DNA of 63,960 nucleotides, filler included, from Octopus bimaculoides (lineage: Eukaryota): assembly GCF_001194135.2 (NCBI RefSeq). It is 5 parts of 5 records of this genome, joined end to end, with 100 filler letters (N's around TTAATTAATTAA, not from the genome) between each part and the next. Parts side by side here need not be neighbours in the genome. Positions count along the whole stretch, not along the records: positions 1 to 18,838 come from NC_068996.1; 4 more parts are not named here. One strand, 5' to 3'. A model generated the notes under the pieces. The model did no database searches. It saw nothing but the letters and a program-made list of their open reading frames with translations, and had not been told where the DNA came from. This document shows positions 1 to 13,180 of the stretch, in pieces. The translations under genes were made by a program, and so were the position numbers. Numbering within the stretch: position 1 is the first letter of the stretch; each line of letters opens with the position of its first letter.

Positions 1-33
<33 letters not shown>

Positions 34-92
34 CATATATTATAAATTAACTACCAGCATAAATAATTGGTAAGCTAACTCAAATATATATA

Positions 93-384
93 TATCATCC
101 GAAGCGTACAGTATTATATATCCATCATGGCTGATTTTACCAATCGGTTTTGTGCTAGGGGTACATTGGAGTGTTAGGTAACAATCTGATTATATAACCC
201 TATGCTCATCAGAAGTAGCCAACATGGAGCCATATTTCATTCCATATTGGCTACCTCTGATAAGCATAGAGTCATATAATCGCATTGTTACCTAACACTC
301 TGTTGCTCTGTTGTATCCCTAGCGTGAAATAGATTGGTAAGACCAGCTGTGATGGCTCTATAATACTGTACACTTCAGATAACA
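93..384. mobile_element. Foldback / MITE-like long inverted repeat (about 135-145-bp arms, 12-nt loop)
   Basis: Left arm gagtgttaggtaacaatctgattatataaccctatgctcatcagaagtagccaacatgga pairs with right arm tccatattggctacctctgataagcatagagtcatataatcgcattgttacctaacactc. Pairing continues outward to tatcatccgaagcg/cacttcagataac. Loop is 229-240. Confidence 0.75.
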
Positions 385-892
385 TCCCCACTCTATTGAC
401 AAATATACAAGTGCATCTTTTTCTTGACTTATGGACTTAGATGACTTATGTATATATATATATACACACACACACACTCACAGATACATGTGTGCATTCA
501 CACATACATTTATACAGGTCAGATCAGAATAAGATTCTCTGTAGTATATAAGCTGATTCTGCAGCAAAATTATATGAATTTTCAGAGGACATTTGTATTA
601 CCCACACTTTCTATAGATGACAAAGCTTTGAGTTGGCAGTGTACTTTACTTATTATATGCATAATAAAGTTATCATGAACAAGTAGAAGCACTTACTAAG
701 ATCTGAGGTTTTTTTTACATACTTTTAGACAGACATAGTCTATGTATCTTAATGTCTATTGCATGTATTTGGATGTTAAGTTTATACATATAACTCCATT
801 TCAAATGTTACAATTATTAACATTTTCATAGGAAGGTTTTGATTTATGTATGAAAGCATTCCATTCTATGACAAGTAACATCTGTGAAAGTT

Positions 893-1330
893 TGAGTTGC
901 TTTAGTCACTGGACTGCAGTTATGCTGAAGCATCACCAAGAAGGGTTTAGGTGAACAAATTATTTCCAGGCTTATATTTCTATAAGTCTGTTACTTATTC
1001 TATCATTCTCTTTTGTCAAACTGCTAAGTTTTGGGGACATAAACAAACCAACACCTGTTGTCAAACAGAGGTGGGGACAAACATAAGCGCAATGACACAC
1101 ACACACACACACCCATTTGCACACATACACACTCATATGCACGTGCACACACACACACACATACATACATGCACGTGATGGATATCCATACAGTTTCCAT
1201 CCTCCAAAATCCACTCACAAGGCCTGGGGCTATAGAAGAAGATATTTGATCAAAGGCGCAGCACAGTAGGACTGAACTTGAAACTGCATGGTTGCAAAGC
1301 GAGCCTCTTAACCACAGTCAAGCTTATGCC
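893..1330 (-). mobile_element. tRNA-derived SINE, main octopus-type family, diverged copy
   Basis: Aligns by eye to the copy at 39333-39745 (tttagtcactggactgcag... tail, internal CA repeat, ggactgaacttgaaac B-box region). Confidence 0.8.
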
Positions 1331-1621
1331 TATTTTCCATTATTATAATATAAAATTACATTTCTACATCTGTATATTTTTTTGTGTCTAAATGTGTAAA
1401 TGCACACACACACACACATGCATGCATACACATGCATGCATACACATGCACACACACATACATACATGCACGCATGCACACACACACACATCCATGCACA
1501 TACACATACACAAAAATAGATGCATACACATATACACACACGTGAGAATTAAAGCAAGTTAAAGTGTGAGTTTTATATATTACATTACATGGAATAGCAA
1601 AGAGCAGGGAAAGAGAAATAT

Positions 1622-1623
<2 letters not shown>

Positions 1624-1711
<88 letters not shown>
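1624..1711. repeat. (GA)n microsatellite
   Basis: Direct reading. Confidence 0.98.
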
Positions 1712-1716
<5 letters not shown>

Positions 1717-1807
1717 GAGAACTAATATAAGTTAGAGTTAAATTAAAATGTTTTACATTGGTTGTTTGACAGATAAACAAATGGGTAAGAAAGAGGCAGG
1801 TTGAGAG

Positions 1808-1907
1808 TCAAAAAAGAATTATATTTCCAATGACAGGCCGGATGTAAAAGATGACCGAATCATTATGTGTCATGTAGAGTTCAGCTAACTGCTTGACTTC
1901 GTATTTA
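1808..1907 (-). CDS. Candidate terminal coding exon, unknown protein (KYEVKQLAELYMTHNDSVIFYIRPVIGNIILF*)
   Basis: Pyrimidine-rich acceptor tttttccttgacccttgtaatctttaaccag, an open frame to TGA, and CpGs retained in a CpG-poor background. No homology recognised. Confidence 0.35.
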
Positions 1908-2239
1908 CTGGTTAAAGATTACAAGGGTCAAGGAAAAACTTGAGGAATCAAATAATCAAAATGCCTTTGTAAAGAATATTGTACTTAATGATTAACACAA
2001 AACATTTTTTTATACTAAGATTTATGTTTGTATAATTTATTTCCTACTTAATAAAAATAGGCTTACCACATCTGAACATTCAACAAAAAAGGACATTTTG
2101 GTGCTATATAAATTTGAAGCAGCTGTGGTATTAATTTTGCATGTTTGCATAACTTTAATACATAAATACATGATGAAAGTTTGTCTGTCTGCCAAATTCG
2201 ACGATGACTGAACAACTGTTAATATATATCTAAATTCAA

Positions 2240-2415
2240 AATATGTAGTGGCATTTCGTCTGTCTTTATGTTCTGAGTTAAAATTCTGCTGAGTTCAAAT
2301 TTGCCTTTCATTCTTTCAAGGTCAATAAAATAAGTACCTGTTAAGCACTGGGGTTGCTGAAATCAACTTAACTCCTCCCCCAAAATTCTTGGTCTTGTGC
2401 CAAAATTTGAAACTA
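2240..2415 (+). mobile_element. SINE, second family (gcatttcgtc...gttctgagttaaaattctgctgag...)
   Basis: Reverse-complement relative at 30790-30992 (gaatttgaactcagaatgtaaag...). Confidence 0.7.
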
Positions 2416-2440
2416 ATATATCTATCTATCTATCTATCTA

Positions 2441-2487
<47 letters not shown>

Positions 2488-3253
2488 TTATGGGTTTCAG
2501 CCAAGTGGCTGCGGTCATGCTGGAGCAGCTGAATGGGGTACCTACTTTTACTACATCTGTTTCATTAAGAGTCTTTATTTTGATGTAAGTATAGTATTGT
2601 CAAGTATATAGTATGCACAACATCCATAAAATCACATCTGTTACACAACTCAACCAAATAAACATGCAAGTAGTGACATGTTAGTTAATCAACATATCAT
2701 TAACAAGTGAAATTTCTAATCAGAATTACCAACATCTAAGAAATGTAAAATGGGTGTCAGTCACTAAGAATGGATAGCAGGGTGATATAAATTAAAGAAC
2801 AGTTAAAGGTAGTTTTATTCCAAAGATGTCATTAAACTTAGTGACCTCATTCATAAATGTTGGGAGTGACAGAACATGCTTGTATATTGGCAGATAGCAG
2901 GCGTGATATTTGATCCTATCAAAACTTTTTCAAACAGCTGCCAACCTTTTTCAAGAAAAAATATTTCCAGTGTTATATTGTTTTGAGGTTAACTACATTA
3001 ATGAGTGACATGATTAATAAATTCCAGTGTTATTTGTTCACTTAATTAGTTAAGCTTGATAAAAGCACTATACCTGTAGCATATATAATGCAATCTATAG
3101 ATACAGGTATACAATGTACCCTATACATATAGAACCCCATTTAAAAAAAATTAAATTCATTGAGGAACTCAAGAAATCTTCTGAAACCTTAGTCTGGTTG
3201 GACAAGACTGGAAATCTATATAGGTTTAAGTTCAATCATAATGGAAAACTTAC

Positions 3254-3337
3254 ACTTAAGGGATTGGATTGTAAGATAACTTCAAGGTTTACATTGGACC
3301 ACATCAACTCTGAAGGATCATGGTGTGCATACCAAAC
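3254..3337 (-). CDS. Candidate internal coding exon (VWYAHHDPSELMWSNVNLEVILQSNPLS)
   Basis: 84 bp, phase 0-0, acceptor ttagttttaagag, consensus donor GTAAGT. Confidence 0.45.
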
Positions 3338-3369
3338 CTCTTAAAACTAAAACACCAAGAATTAATCTG

Positions 3370-3900
3370 AAGAATCATAAAAATAGCTGCAGTTTATTTT
3401 TGGTTAAATGTTTCTCATGCAGTTGACTTACTGAGAAAATAGCATCAGTAATGGTTCTCCTTGATACAAAACCAAACAGCATTTCATCTGGACTTACTAT
3501 CTTCCTAATTAGTTGAACAATGACCCTTTCTGTAACTTTCATCACCTGGTTCAGCAATTTGATACCTCTGTAATTACTTCTGTTTATGGCATCTCCCTTA
3601 CCTTTGTAAGAGTTGACTTTAATACTGCTATACCAGCCATTAGGTATGATACCTTCCTTGACATTATTGGCTATATGGGTGATTAGGCTGTGTCCCACTC
3701 CACCAAATATTTGAAGCATCTTAGCAGTAATTCCTGACAGGCCACGGGCTTTCCTTATCTTCATATCTTTTATACTGCTGTCAACTCTGATGGCTGGTCC
3801 CTCTGTTGGGTCTACATTAGTAAAACTCTTCTTCTACTATGCATTCTCCACATTAAGTAGTCTTTTGCAGCAGTACTTCCATGCCTGTTTCTTTTCAGAA
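3370..3900 (-). mobile_element. RTE-clade LINE reverse transcriptase fragment
   Basis: ORF 3375-3764 reads KARGLSGITAKMLQ...YKGKGDAINRSNYRGIKLL...FGFVSRRTITDAIFSVSQLHEK, the conserved N-terminal motifs of non-LTR RT. Confidence 0.9.
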
Positions 3901-4599
3901 TCACAAAGTGGTGAGTGAAATGTGTAATTTTGGTTTTAACTAACTTTTTTTTCTTCTGTTACTTAGTCTGTCTACAATGCTTTCACATGATTAGTTGAAG
4001 GGAAAGGTGAAGAGTGAAAGAAAAAGAGGGTAAGGTGAAGAGTGAGAGAGAAAGAGGGAGAGTATTGTGTATTAAGTTAATATAAAATTGGGCATAAAGT
4101 ATGTAAAGTGTATATATAAAGTGCATTAAGTAATCATTGTATTCCAATTTCCTTCACTTGATTAACAAATAAGCAAATACCTTTAAATACAGACACAGGC
4201 TATGCTTTCAGGTTTTCTTGGATAAAGTTTTCAGAAAAACTCAATAAGTTTACCATTAATTCTGTGAAATATTCATGGGTCCCGCTAGTCTATATATAAA
4301 TATATATACACACACACATATAGATAGATGCATACATATGCACACACATACACATTATATCTATCCATCACTATCTCCTATTGTTTCTTTCTCTTTCTCC
4401 CTCATGCTATTGACATCCATCAAACTCAGTCTGCCAAATCATTGTTCCATCCTTCACTCTTTCTCCTTCATATCACTTTCTCTCCCTCGATCATGTTATT
4501 TCTGTTCAATGTCCTTTTCAGCAATCACCATGTAGAGTTGTCTAGCACTCATATCCTTTACATCCTCTGCTATGAACTTCTTTTCTCTCAATCATTTTG

Positions 4600-5340
4600 A
4601 TTTTCTTCTATTACTCTCTTGCTTGAGTTCTCTTTTATCTGCCAAGAACGAGACAACTTGCTGAGTCTGGTGATCAAATGAATGAAGACAACCTAGAGTA
4701 GAGAGGATTCCTACTCCAGCTGTGAATCCTGATGGATGAGGGCTCTGTCTTCATCTTCATGCTTGTTTTATTTATCATACTACTGCCAACTAGGATAGCT
4801 GGCCCCTCTTTCTCCCATGTCTCCTCCACTTTTAGTAACCTGTCATAACTGCGTTTCCATCCCTTTTTCTTTTCAGAATCACTAAGTGATTTATCTGTAC
4901 ACATATCCCACCTACAAAACTCAATCCTCTCTGACATGCCATCTTCAAATCTGGAACATCTCACCATTTTGATCCTCATGTTTTACTTTCTACTTCTCAC
5001 TTTTCTACATAAACCTGACATCTAGCTTCTCTCCATGCAAACTGGTATAATTCTCTGCTGTCTCCATTTTTCCAGTCTTTTCAAGATTGTCTTTGTTTTT
5101 ATAGGTTTGTCAATTTCACTGTTTTACCATCGTTCTACCCTTGGTCCAGCTGGGACTTTGTACTAGTCACATATTTAGTCCATTGTCTTCTATGCTGTAT
5201 ATTTCTATCTCTTCCTCCTTTTTGTTAAATGCTTTAGTTAGGATTTTTCTGAATTTAACTGTTTGCTGAATCTTTAAGTTTCCATATCTTCCTTTCCCTG
5301 ATTAGATTGTATATTCTTCATCTGAGCAATATTTTGAATT
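4600..5340 (-). mobile_element. Degraded RTE LINE ORF2 fragment (region upstream of the RT core)
   Basis: EKKKGWKRSYDRLLKVEETWEKEGPAILV resembles the WKxHxERLLNVE...EGP segment before the RT domain; frameshifted. Confidence 0.6.
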
Positions 5341-7514
5341 TACAAGTATCTGTTTATCCCACTTTCTGGTGAGAATGAAGTTAATCTGACTTGTGCACCC
5401 AGAAAGTTGATAAGTTACTGGTTGGTTTCCTAAAGATAATGTTGCAGATTATCTGTTCATTTGTATCATATTTGTATCTTTCTCTTTTGATATATGTGTG
5501 TGTGTTTCTTAGTGAGCTTGCAAATGTGTGAATTGTATATATGTTGGTGTGATTTCGAATTGTGTCCATTTCATAAATGACTTAAAATTACATTGTTTTT
5601 GCAATAGTAGATACGTTTTAACACCACAATGTACTGTTTCCACTAAAATAATGCAGTAGAAAAACAGACTCTCAGTTTTAATGTGGTATATATACATACA
5701 CAGACAAGCAGACCTTACCCATGTATATATATACACACACACATAAACGTTTGGTGATGCAAACAGGAAAAATAGAACTTAAAAACATGAGTATATAAAT
5801 GTATAAATGTTTTTTGTTAATAATTGGCAGAAGTTACAGAGTGACTCAAGAACTAAGAGTTATGAGTGTTAGCCCTTATATATATAATTTAATTATTTTT
5901 TACATGTGCTATACCACAGTATACAAGCAAATAGACATCACTCTACTTGCATATAAGCCCCTGGCCAGTAATTCCCTTTGTTTTGAGATGATGTGAGCCC
6001 ATCATACAGACAAGTCACAATAATAGGAAAACATCGGTATCTACCATTTTCAGTCAGTGAAGGTGAGTTGTCTTGCCTGGTCTGTGATATTCAGTGTTGT
6101 TTAACACTTGGTATTGTGTAGGGAACTTTTCCTGGACACAATCTCATAGCAAGTAAACATTTAACCAAAACACATACACTATGTATGTGAGATCACTAAT
6201 GTTTACATTAGCACAAGTCATCATGATACAGGTAACTTTTTCCAGTATTCAGTTCTCCATGTCAGCTAACTTTTTCCCAATTACAACTTTAATCTTTATG
6301 CTCTCTAATGCCATTGACTGTTCACCAATATATCAAGCTGTTCCTGAAGAAAGACATAAAAAAGTTGTCAAATTTAACTGAACATCCTGTCTGTCTGTCT
6401 GTCTGTATGTATGTGTGTATGTCTGTACATACATACATGCATACTTCATGTATATATTCACTCACTTGTTTGTTAGTTTTTCATCCATTTATCAATGGTT
6501 GGATGGAGACTTATTTGAGGCAGTATTTAGTGGGCAGATGCCCTTGCTCTTGTCAAGCCTTACCTGTTTTGAATCATGACTAATAAAAGCATAGAGTGAC
6601 AAGATGTAGTGTTAACTGAGAAAGTAAACATAGCATTACTGTTTTGCTCAGGAGATGACAAATGGAAACATGAAATTCAACATTCAACATTCATACACAC
6701 ACACATGCATATATGTGACAGGGTTCCATATAGTTTCCATCTATCAATTTGATTCACAAAGCATTGTTGACCTAAAACTATAGAACCCTAGATGTCATGC
6801 AGTGGAATAGACCTTAGAATTAAGAAGTTGCAGAGCAAATTTATATTTTTTAATTTTATTGCATTTATTTATTGTATTCTTTTTTTGAATTCATATTGAT
6901 CTATGGTCATTGATCATTACTTCCTTAATGCAATCCCTAAATGGTAATCTGCTGAATACATTTATTGTTTATGAACATATAATGAGACTATTTGCTCTTT
7001 GTAGCAGAGTTGATGTTTTAACTTGCCATGAAATGTTCTGAAGAGTAGTCTGTTTACAATGTTATAGCACAATTGGTGCATATATATATTTATATGCAAA
7101 TTTATTTATATATGTGTAGCAGAAGATGTAGTTTTGATTATGTAACTAATATGGATTAGGAAACAGTGTCAACAAATGGAATACACATTCATTCACTCAC
7201 TTCTTTTATCTGATCAATTCTTATACATACATATATATACACACATATAAAAACACATGCACACACCTTACCCCCATGCTAGCATGGAAAATGGACATTA
7301 AATGATGATGATGATGATGCTATGTGCATATATAATACACATATGTCCAAAGACATATACATATGCAGATATACATATATTCAAATACAACATGCACATG
7401 TACAAACATACTTTTATTTATCAATTTTGCAGAAAGAGAGAGAACTCAGTTTTTCCAAGATTCTTTGTTGATAGTGTTTTTCTTTTTACTTGTTTTAGAA
7501 CAATAATGAACGAC

Positions 7515-7790
7515 TGAGATTATGAAATCCAACCATCTTGTTCTTGGTCTACCCTTAGGTCTCTTGCCTGCTGGCTTGGCTTGAGATTCTTTCCTGTGAT
7601 GTTCTAATCATATGTCCATAGTACTGGAACTGTGACCTCTCAATGTGGAGAAATAGTGGCTTGATCTGAAGAGGCTCCTTCATGTCTGAGTTACACCCTG
7701 TTGAATAATATTACTCAAGAAATTCTTTCAGGGAATCTCATTTCAGTCACTGGTATTCACAATTGTACTCTTTTGGTCATTACCTAAACA
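7515..7790 (-). mobile_element. LINE 3' coding end remnant
   Basis: Reverse strand ggcaagagacctaagggtagaccaagaacaagatgg = GKRPKGRPRTRW, typical of the RTE ORF2 C-terminus. Confidence 0.65.
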
Positions 7791-7985
7791 TCATCATAAT
7801 TAACATTTAACATCTGTTTTCTCTGCTGGAATGGTTGGATTGCTTGACAGGAACTGCCAAGGCCAGGGTCCACACCAGGTTCCATAGTCTGTCTTGGCTT
7901 GGTTCCTACAGCAGGATGCCCTTCCTAATGCCAACCACTTTACATAATATACTGGGTGCTTTTTATGTGGTACCAGCACCCACAC
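7790..7985 (-). mobile_element. RTE-type 3' tail / SINE tail
   Basis: ggatgcccttcctaatgccaaccact is the reverse complement of agtggttggcattaggaagggcatcc at about 20.5 kb. Confidence 0.75.
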
Positions 7986-9175
7986 CAATGCTTTTTAAGT
8001 GGGACCCAGTATAAAAGATAATTTTGGATAATACTTGGGATGATGCTCTAACTTCTGAATGTAGCATTAAATACTTCTCTTTTATCTCTTAGTTAGGATG
8101 GAAGGCAGTGCTCATGATCCTCCACAAAGTCTCCAAGATTAGTGGGAGGAAAGCATCCCCAAACTGGAAACCTGGCTTGAATGTTTGTCCCAACTAAAGG
8201 CATCCAAGGTGGTGGGTGGTGGTGTGAATATGGGCAATGAATTGAGTTTGCCATTCAAGTAGACATTTGTGAAATTTGAACTCAGAATGCAAAAAAAAAA
8301 AAAAAAAGACTTTAAAGCAATCTTTCTGATGTTATTATTATTGTTCCACTATTTCTTCAACTTGGGTTGGTACATATTTTTATCTGTACAGATAAAAGAT
8401 AGCATTAACCTTGGCAGGAATTGAACTTACAGTGTTAATAATTAGAACAAATGCTGCAAGGCATTCTAAATGATATTCCAATGACTCTTCCAATATATTG
8501 CTTATGAGTTATTGTGATGTATTGTAGAATTGATATTTTATGGAGTTATTTACAATCTTTGTTACTGAAAGGTGGCTGCAAAAGATTTAAATGTCTAGAG
8601 TCACAGAGATTTTACTTGTGATTCTATACTCTAATGTTCTTGAAGAAAAAGCATCTAACTTCATTAAGCTTAACAAAACTTGAAGTAGGTCATTGCATTG
8701 TCTTCCTTCATTACAATGAAACTGGAAAACATAGAGCTATTTTATAAGTATAAGTCACTCAGGAACAGGCTTGTGCATGCAAAGAAGGTAAACAAAGAAT
8801 ATAATACTGAACACAATAAGCTGTAGAATATTTAGTTTACTATATTATGGTTGAATAGTATTGGCTGTGTAAATGTTAAATGGTGCTAAAGGTGTAATGT
8901 AATTAAATGAATAAAGTTGTTCAGTCTATTATGAATGTGCAATTTTCAGTATACCCTATAACAACAATTTGATAGAAACAAATGTATAAATAAACATAAA
9001 TAAAGAATATACAAAGGTTGTTTTGCACACCTATTTGTGTGTATTGCACACCAATTCATTTTAAAGTTTAAAAATCTGAAAAAAGTCGACATCATACATG
9101 ATTATGTATATAAATAACAAATATGCCCCAAAAATAACTAAACATCATAAATGATCTATTCTGATTTATGCTAAT

Positions 9176-9586
9176 TTCTATCTTTTACTTGTTTCAGTCA
9201 TTAGACTGCAGCCATACTGGGGCACTGCCTTGAAGAATTTTTAGCTGAATGAATTGACTTCACTACTTATTCTATTTTAAGCCAGATACTTATTATATCA
9301 ATTTCTTTTGCCAAACTACTAGGTTATGGGAACATAAACACACCAACACTGGTTGTCAAGTGGTGGTGGGAGACAAACACAGACACAAAGGCACACACAC
9401 ACACATGTATATACCTATATGTAATATATATTCTTTCAGTTTCTGTCTACCAAATCCATTCACAAAACTTTGGTTGGCCAGAGGTTATATAGTATGATAT
9501 TTGCCCAAGGTGACAGGCAATGGGACTGAACCCAGAACCATGTGGTTGGGAGGCAAACTTCTTACCACACAGCTATGCCTGAACCT
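9176..9586 (-). mobile_element. tRNA-derived SINE, main family, full length
   Basis: tcttttacttgtttcagtcattagactgcagcc...gggactgaacccagaaccatgtggttgggaggcaaacttcttaccacacagc; colinear with 39333-39745. Confidence 0.9.
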
Positions 9587-9689
9587 ATGCTAACTTTTTC
9601 CTGTAATTGATACCTTTTTTCAGAATTTCTACAAATTTCTTATCCCAGGATCATTATTCAAGTTGATACCTTTGTATTGGGAGTGATGG

Positions 9690-9960
9690 AAGTGATTGAT
9701 AGTGATGATGGGTGATTGTGCTAAGGATGATGATTATGATGATGATAAGGACAACACAAATGGTGATACTGATTGTAGTAATGGAAATGATGTTGATGAA
9801 GGTGGGTGATGGTGTGGTTATGTTGTGGAGAAGGTGTTGATGATAATAGTAATGATGAAGATTTTGGTGGCAAAATTGGATGAGTTGGGGTGTTGGTGTT
9901 TAATATAGTAGAGGGTAGTGAGTGATGATGATGATGAGGATGATGATGATGATGATATTA
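9690..9960. repeat. Degenerate GAT/GGT trinucleotide tract
   Basis: Direct reading. Confidence 0.85.
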
Positions 9961-10404
9961 AAGGTAAGTATAGCAATAAGCCCATAAAAAACATTCTCTA
10001 AAAAGATTTAAGATGTAAAGGGCTAGGTTGCCTATTAGGCTGACAGTGGATGTACATACATGTGTTCAAACAAACATGCATGTAGGAATATATACAGAGA
10101 GATGCACTTGCAGCACCACTGCCACTATCTCTACAATTAACTTCATAATCTAAGTTTTCTTAGCTACCAGTTGGCCTTTCCCAGACTAAGAAGAGGACAT
10201 CAGTGCATCCCATTTGGCACAGAGCTGATCTATATCTCATGTAAGCTAATTCTCTTCCAAATCAGTTGAGCTATAATTCATTTTGTTACTTTTATATCCT
10301 GGTTCATTAATCTGATTCCTCTGTAGTTGTTTCTTTTTTAGAGCACATTTGCCAGTGTAAAAGTTGATAGTCCTGATGCTGCACTAATTTTTGTGACATA
10401 TTAT

Positions 10405-11586
10405 ATTGAGTCTTCTCATTAATGTTTTTTTCAATTGCATGAACCAAAAGTTGGAGGGGGATGGGATAAAGTACCTGCATCAACTTGCTATAAAAGCAGG
10501 TAGTAATTTTACCTTGTCCTTATTCTTAGTACAAGTCTTGAAGAGTGCAGTTTGATTTTAACAGTTATAATGGAAGTGACAAAGGAACATATTTGGCATA
10601 TTTTGCTTTATGAGTTCAATATAGGCAACAATGCAACGGAAAGTGTGAGGAATATTAATGCAGTATATGGGGATTGGACAATAAGTGCAAGCCAGTGTCA
10701 ATGGTGGTTCCAAACATTCTGTGCTGGAAACAACAGCTTAGAAGACAAGCCTTATCCTNNNNNNNNNNNNNNNNNNNNNNNNNNNNNNNNNNNNNNNNNN
10801 NNNNNNNNNNNNNNNNNNNNNNNNNNNNNNNNNNNNNNNNNNNNNNNNNNNNNNNNNNNNNNNNNNNNNNCCTCACAAACTTTCCAAGTGTAATCATGTG
10901 CAGAGAGTGAATGTGTGCTCTTTGCTGTCATGTTTCACAAATGAACCTATTTTTGGACTGAATAGTGACTGGTGATGAGAAATAGTTTCTCTATAAAAAT
11001 GTCAAGTGCCGAAGAAAGTGGGTAGGGAAAGGAGAAACACCAGCGCCCCAGGCTAAAGAAGGTCTTCAACCATGTAAGGTGTTATCTGTTTGGTGGGATA
11101 TGAAAGGTTTAGTCCACTTTGAACTTTTAAACCCAAACCAAACGATAACAAAGGAGATCTACTGTGAGCAGCTTGGGCAGCTTAAGTCAGCTCTATAAGA
11201 AAAACAACTATCTTTGGTTTCAAGACAAAAGATGTTCTTTCATCAGGATAATGCTCGGCTACATACAAGCAGTTTGAATGGGAAACAATGCCCCACCCAC
11301 CATATTCATCGGATATTGCCCCATCTGATTATCATTTATTCCGCAACCCTTCAAAATCATTTGGATAGAAAAAATATGAATTTCGTAGACGAGGTCAGAA
11401 CAGTACTGGAGGAGTATTCTTCATTGTGGACAAGTGAATTTTGGAAGAGGGGCCTTGCAGGTCTACCAGAGCATTGTAGAAAATGAAGGAGAGTATATTT
11501 CAGATTAAAAATAAACTTTGTCTATATTAATTTTGAAAAATAAAAGAAGTATTTAAAAAAACGCATTATTTACAGGATGACCCAAT
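10405..11586 (+). mobile_element. Mariner transposon, full length, decayed (family A)
   Basis: MEVTKEHIWHILLYEFNIGNNATES..., VTGDEK, HQDNARLH, PHPPYSSDIAPSDYHLF. Right TIR cgcattatttacaggatgacccaat; degenerate left TIR attgagtcttctc. Stops, frameshifts and an internal N gap. Confidence 0.92.
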
Positions 11587-12239
11587 GTGTGTGTGTGTGT
11601 GTGTGTGTGTTTGTGTGTGCCCACATGTTTGTGTTTTAAATGTACATATGTATGTATACATGTATAGACTCTTGTATGTATGCACATATGCAAGGACATG
11701 TGTATCAGAGATGTATCCAGGTTCTAAAGTTAGTGGGGAGATAAAAAAAAGGTGCTGTGACACACATCAAACAATTTTTAACTCATTTCTCTTATATTAC
11801 ATTTGAAATATTTCATTAGTTATAATGTACATAATTGTATTTAACATTCATTAATTTCATGTTTCAGTAACTATGTAATTATGTATGAAATTTACAACTA
11901 CTGAAGGGTTAAAAATGTTTTGGAAAGTGCCAATTTTGAAAAATGTGCTGGGGTTGAGGAGCAGTCACTCCCCTTGCTCCCCTTTTAGCTACACCACTGA
12001 TATGTATGTGTACACACACACATACATATTTAGCCAATATTGTGTACTTAGATGAGGTGCAGTTCAGTTTGTACCAGGAATAAGAACTGATGCCATCTTT
12101 CTATTGACACAACTGTAAAAGTACTTAGCTATGAATAATTCCTATTTCTGGCATTCATCAAAATGGATTAGGCCTTTGACTTGTTTTAATTGTCTGTAAT
12201 CTTGTGGTTGCTAAGGAAATCAGAAGTAGATGAATAGTT

Positions 12240-13180
12240 TGTGAGGACCATAGAAGCCAAATACTGAGACACAGCCAGCAAACTGTGAGTTAGCCAAAAG
12301 TTCAGTGATAAATTTACTGTGCATATAGGAATCAATCAGAGCTCAGTTCTCAACCCCTTCTATTTATAATTGTCCTACAGACTATAATCGAGGAAGTTAA
12401 GATCTGTTATATGTAAGAAATCCTGTATACAAAGTTGAATCTGCTGTAGATGTAGGATAGAAATTCCAGACTTAAAAACAAAATCAAGAATCAAATGGCC
12501 TCAAAGTAAACTTTAGATAGATAGAAGTTCTATATGAAGTAGCCAGTGTAAACTATAGTTACATAAGAGATATAATGTGATTACATGCAGACTGACAGAG
12601 AAAGTAGACTTCGTATGTAGAAGATGCGCAAGATCAGTTAATTGTAAGAATACATGTGAAATATCTCCTTCAAATGTTTGGGAAGTTCACTAGAAGTTAC
12701 TTCTGGTACTTAGATGACCCATGTGGAGGTTAGGTGAGTGTCCTGAAAGCATAGTTTTCAGAGTAAGAAATGGTTGGGAAAAATTTAGAGAGCTATTAAC
12801 TCTGCTCTCAGCAAAAGGTTTTTCTGTCAGTGAGAAGGAAATATTGTATGATACTAGCATATGAAATGCAATAATACATTGAACATTCTATAAAGTAATT
12901 GATATTAGGAAGGGTAACCATTTATAGAAATTGGAACTTGTGAATGACATGTGACCCTTTGACTAATGTAGCTATGTAGCAACTCCAAGTGAGAACTGAT
13001 TTAGACTGATGACTCAGCCAACACAGAGTAACATGCAAAGGATGAGGAGGAGGAAGAGGAAACATGTAGAGGATGACAATTGTGTAAAGAAATGTAAGGC
13101 ACCCAAAGTGTATGGAACTTGTGCTAGAGAAAGACCCAAAAAGACAGGACAAAGTGGTAAAGACGGAAGAGATGACAATG
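12240..13180 (+). mobile_element. Heavily decayed RTE LINE (RT to 3' end)
   Basis: Remnants of GxxQGSVLxPLLFIIVL (cagagctcagttctcaaccccttctatttataattgtcc), GWEKFRELL and VEDDNCVKKC...GTCARERPKK. Confidence 0.75.

Noticed and set aside
3114-3344. Plus-strand 76-aa ORF (MYPIHIEPHLKK...)
   Set aside because: No recognisable homology; the minus strand has a better exon model (3254-3337) with a consensus donor.
5380-10240. Several short exon-like segments on either strand (5.6, 6.0-6.3, 8.6-8.7 and 10.2 kb)
   Set aside because: Each has only one good splice site or early stops, and I could not chain them consistently.
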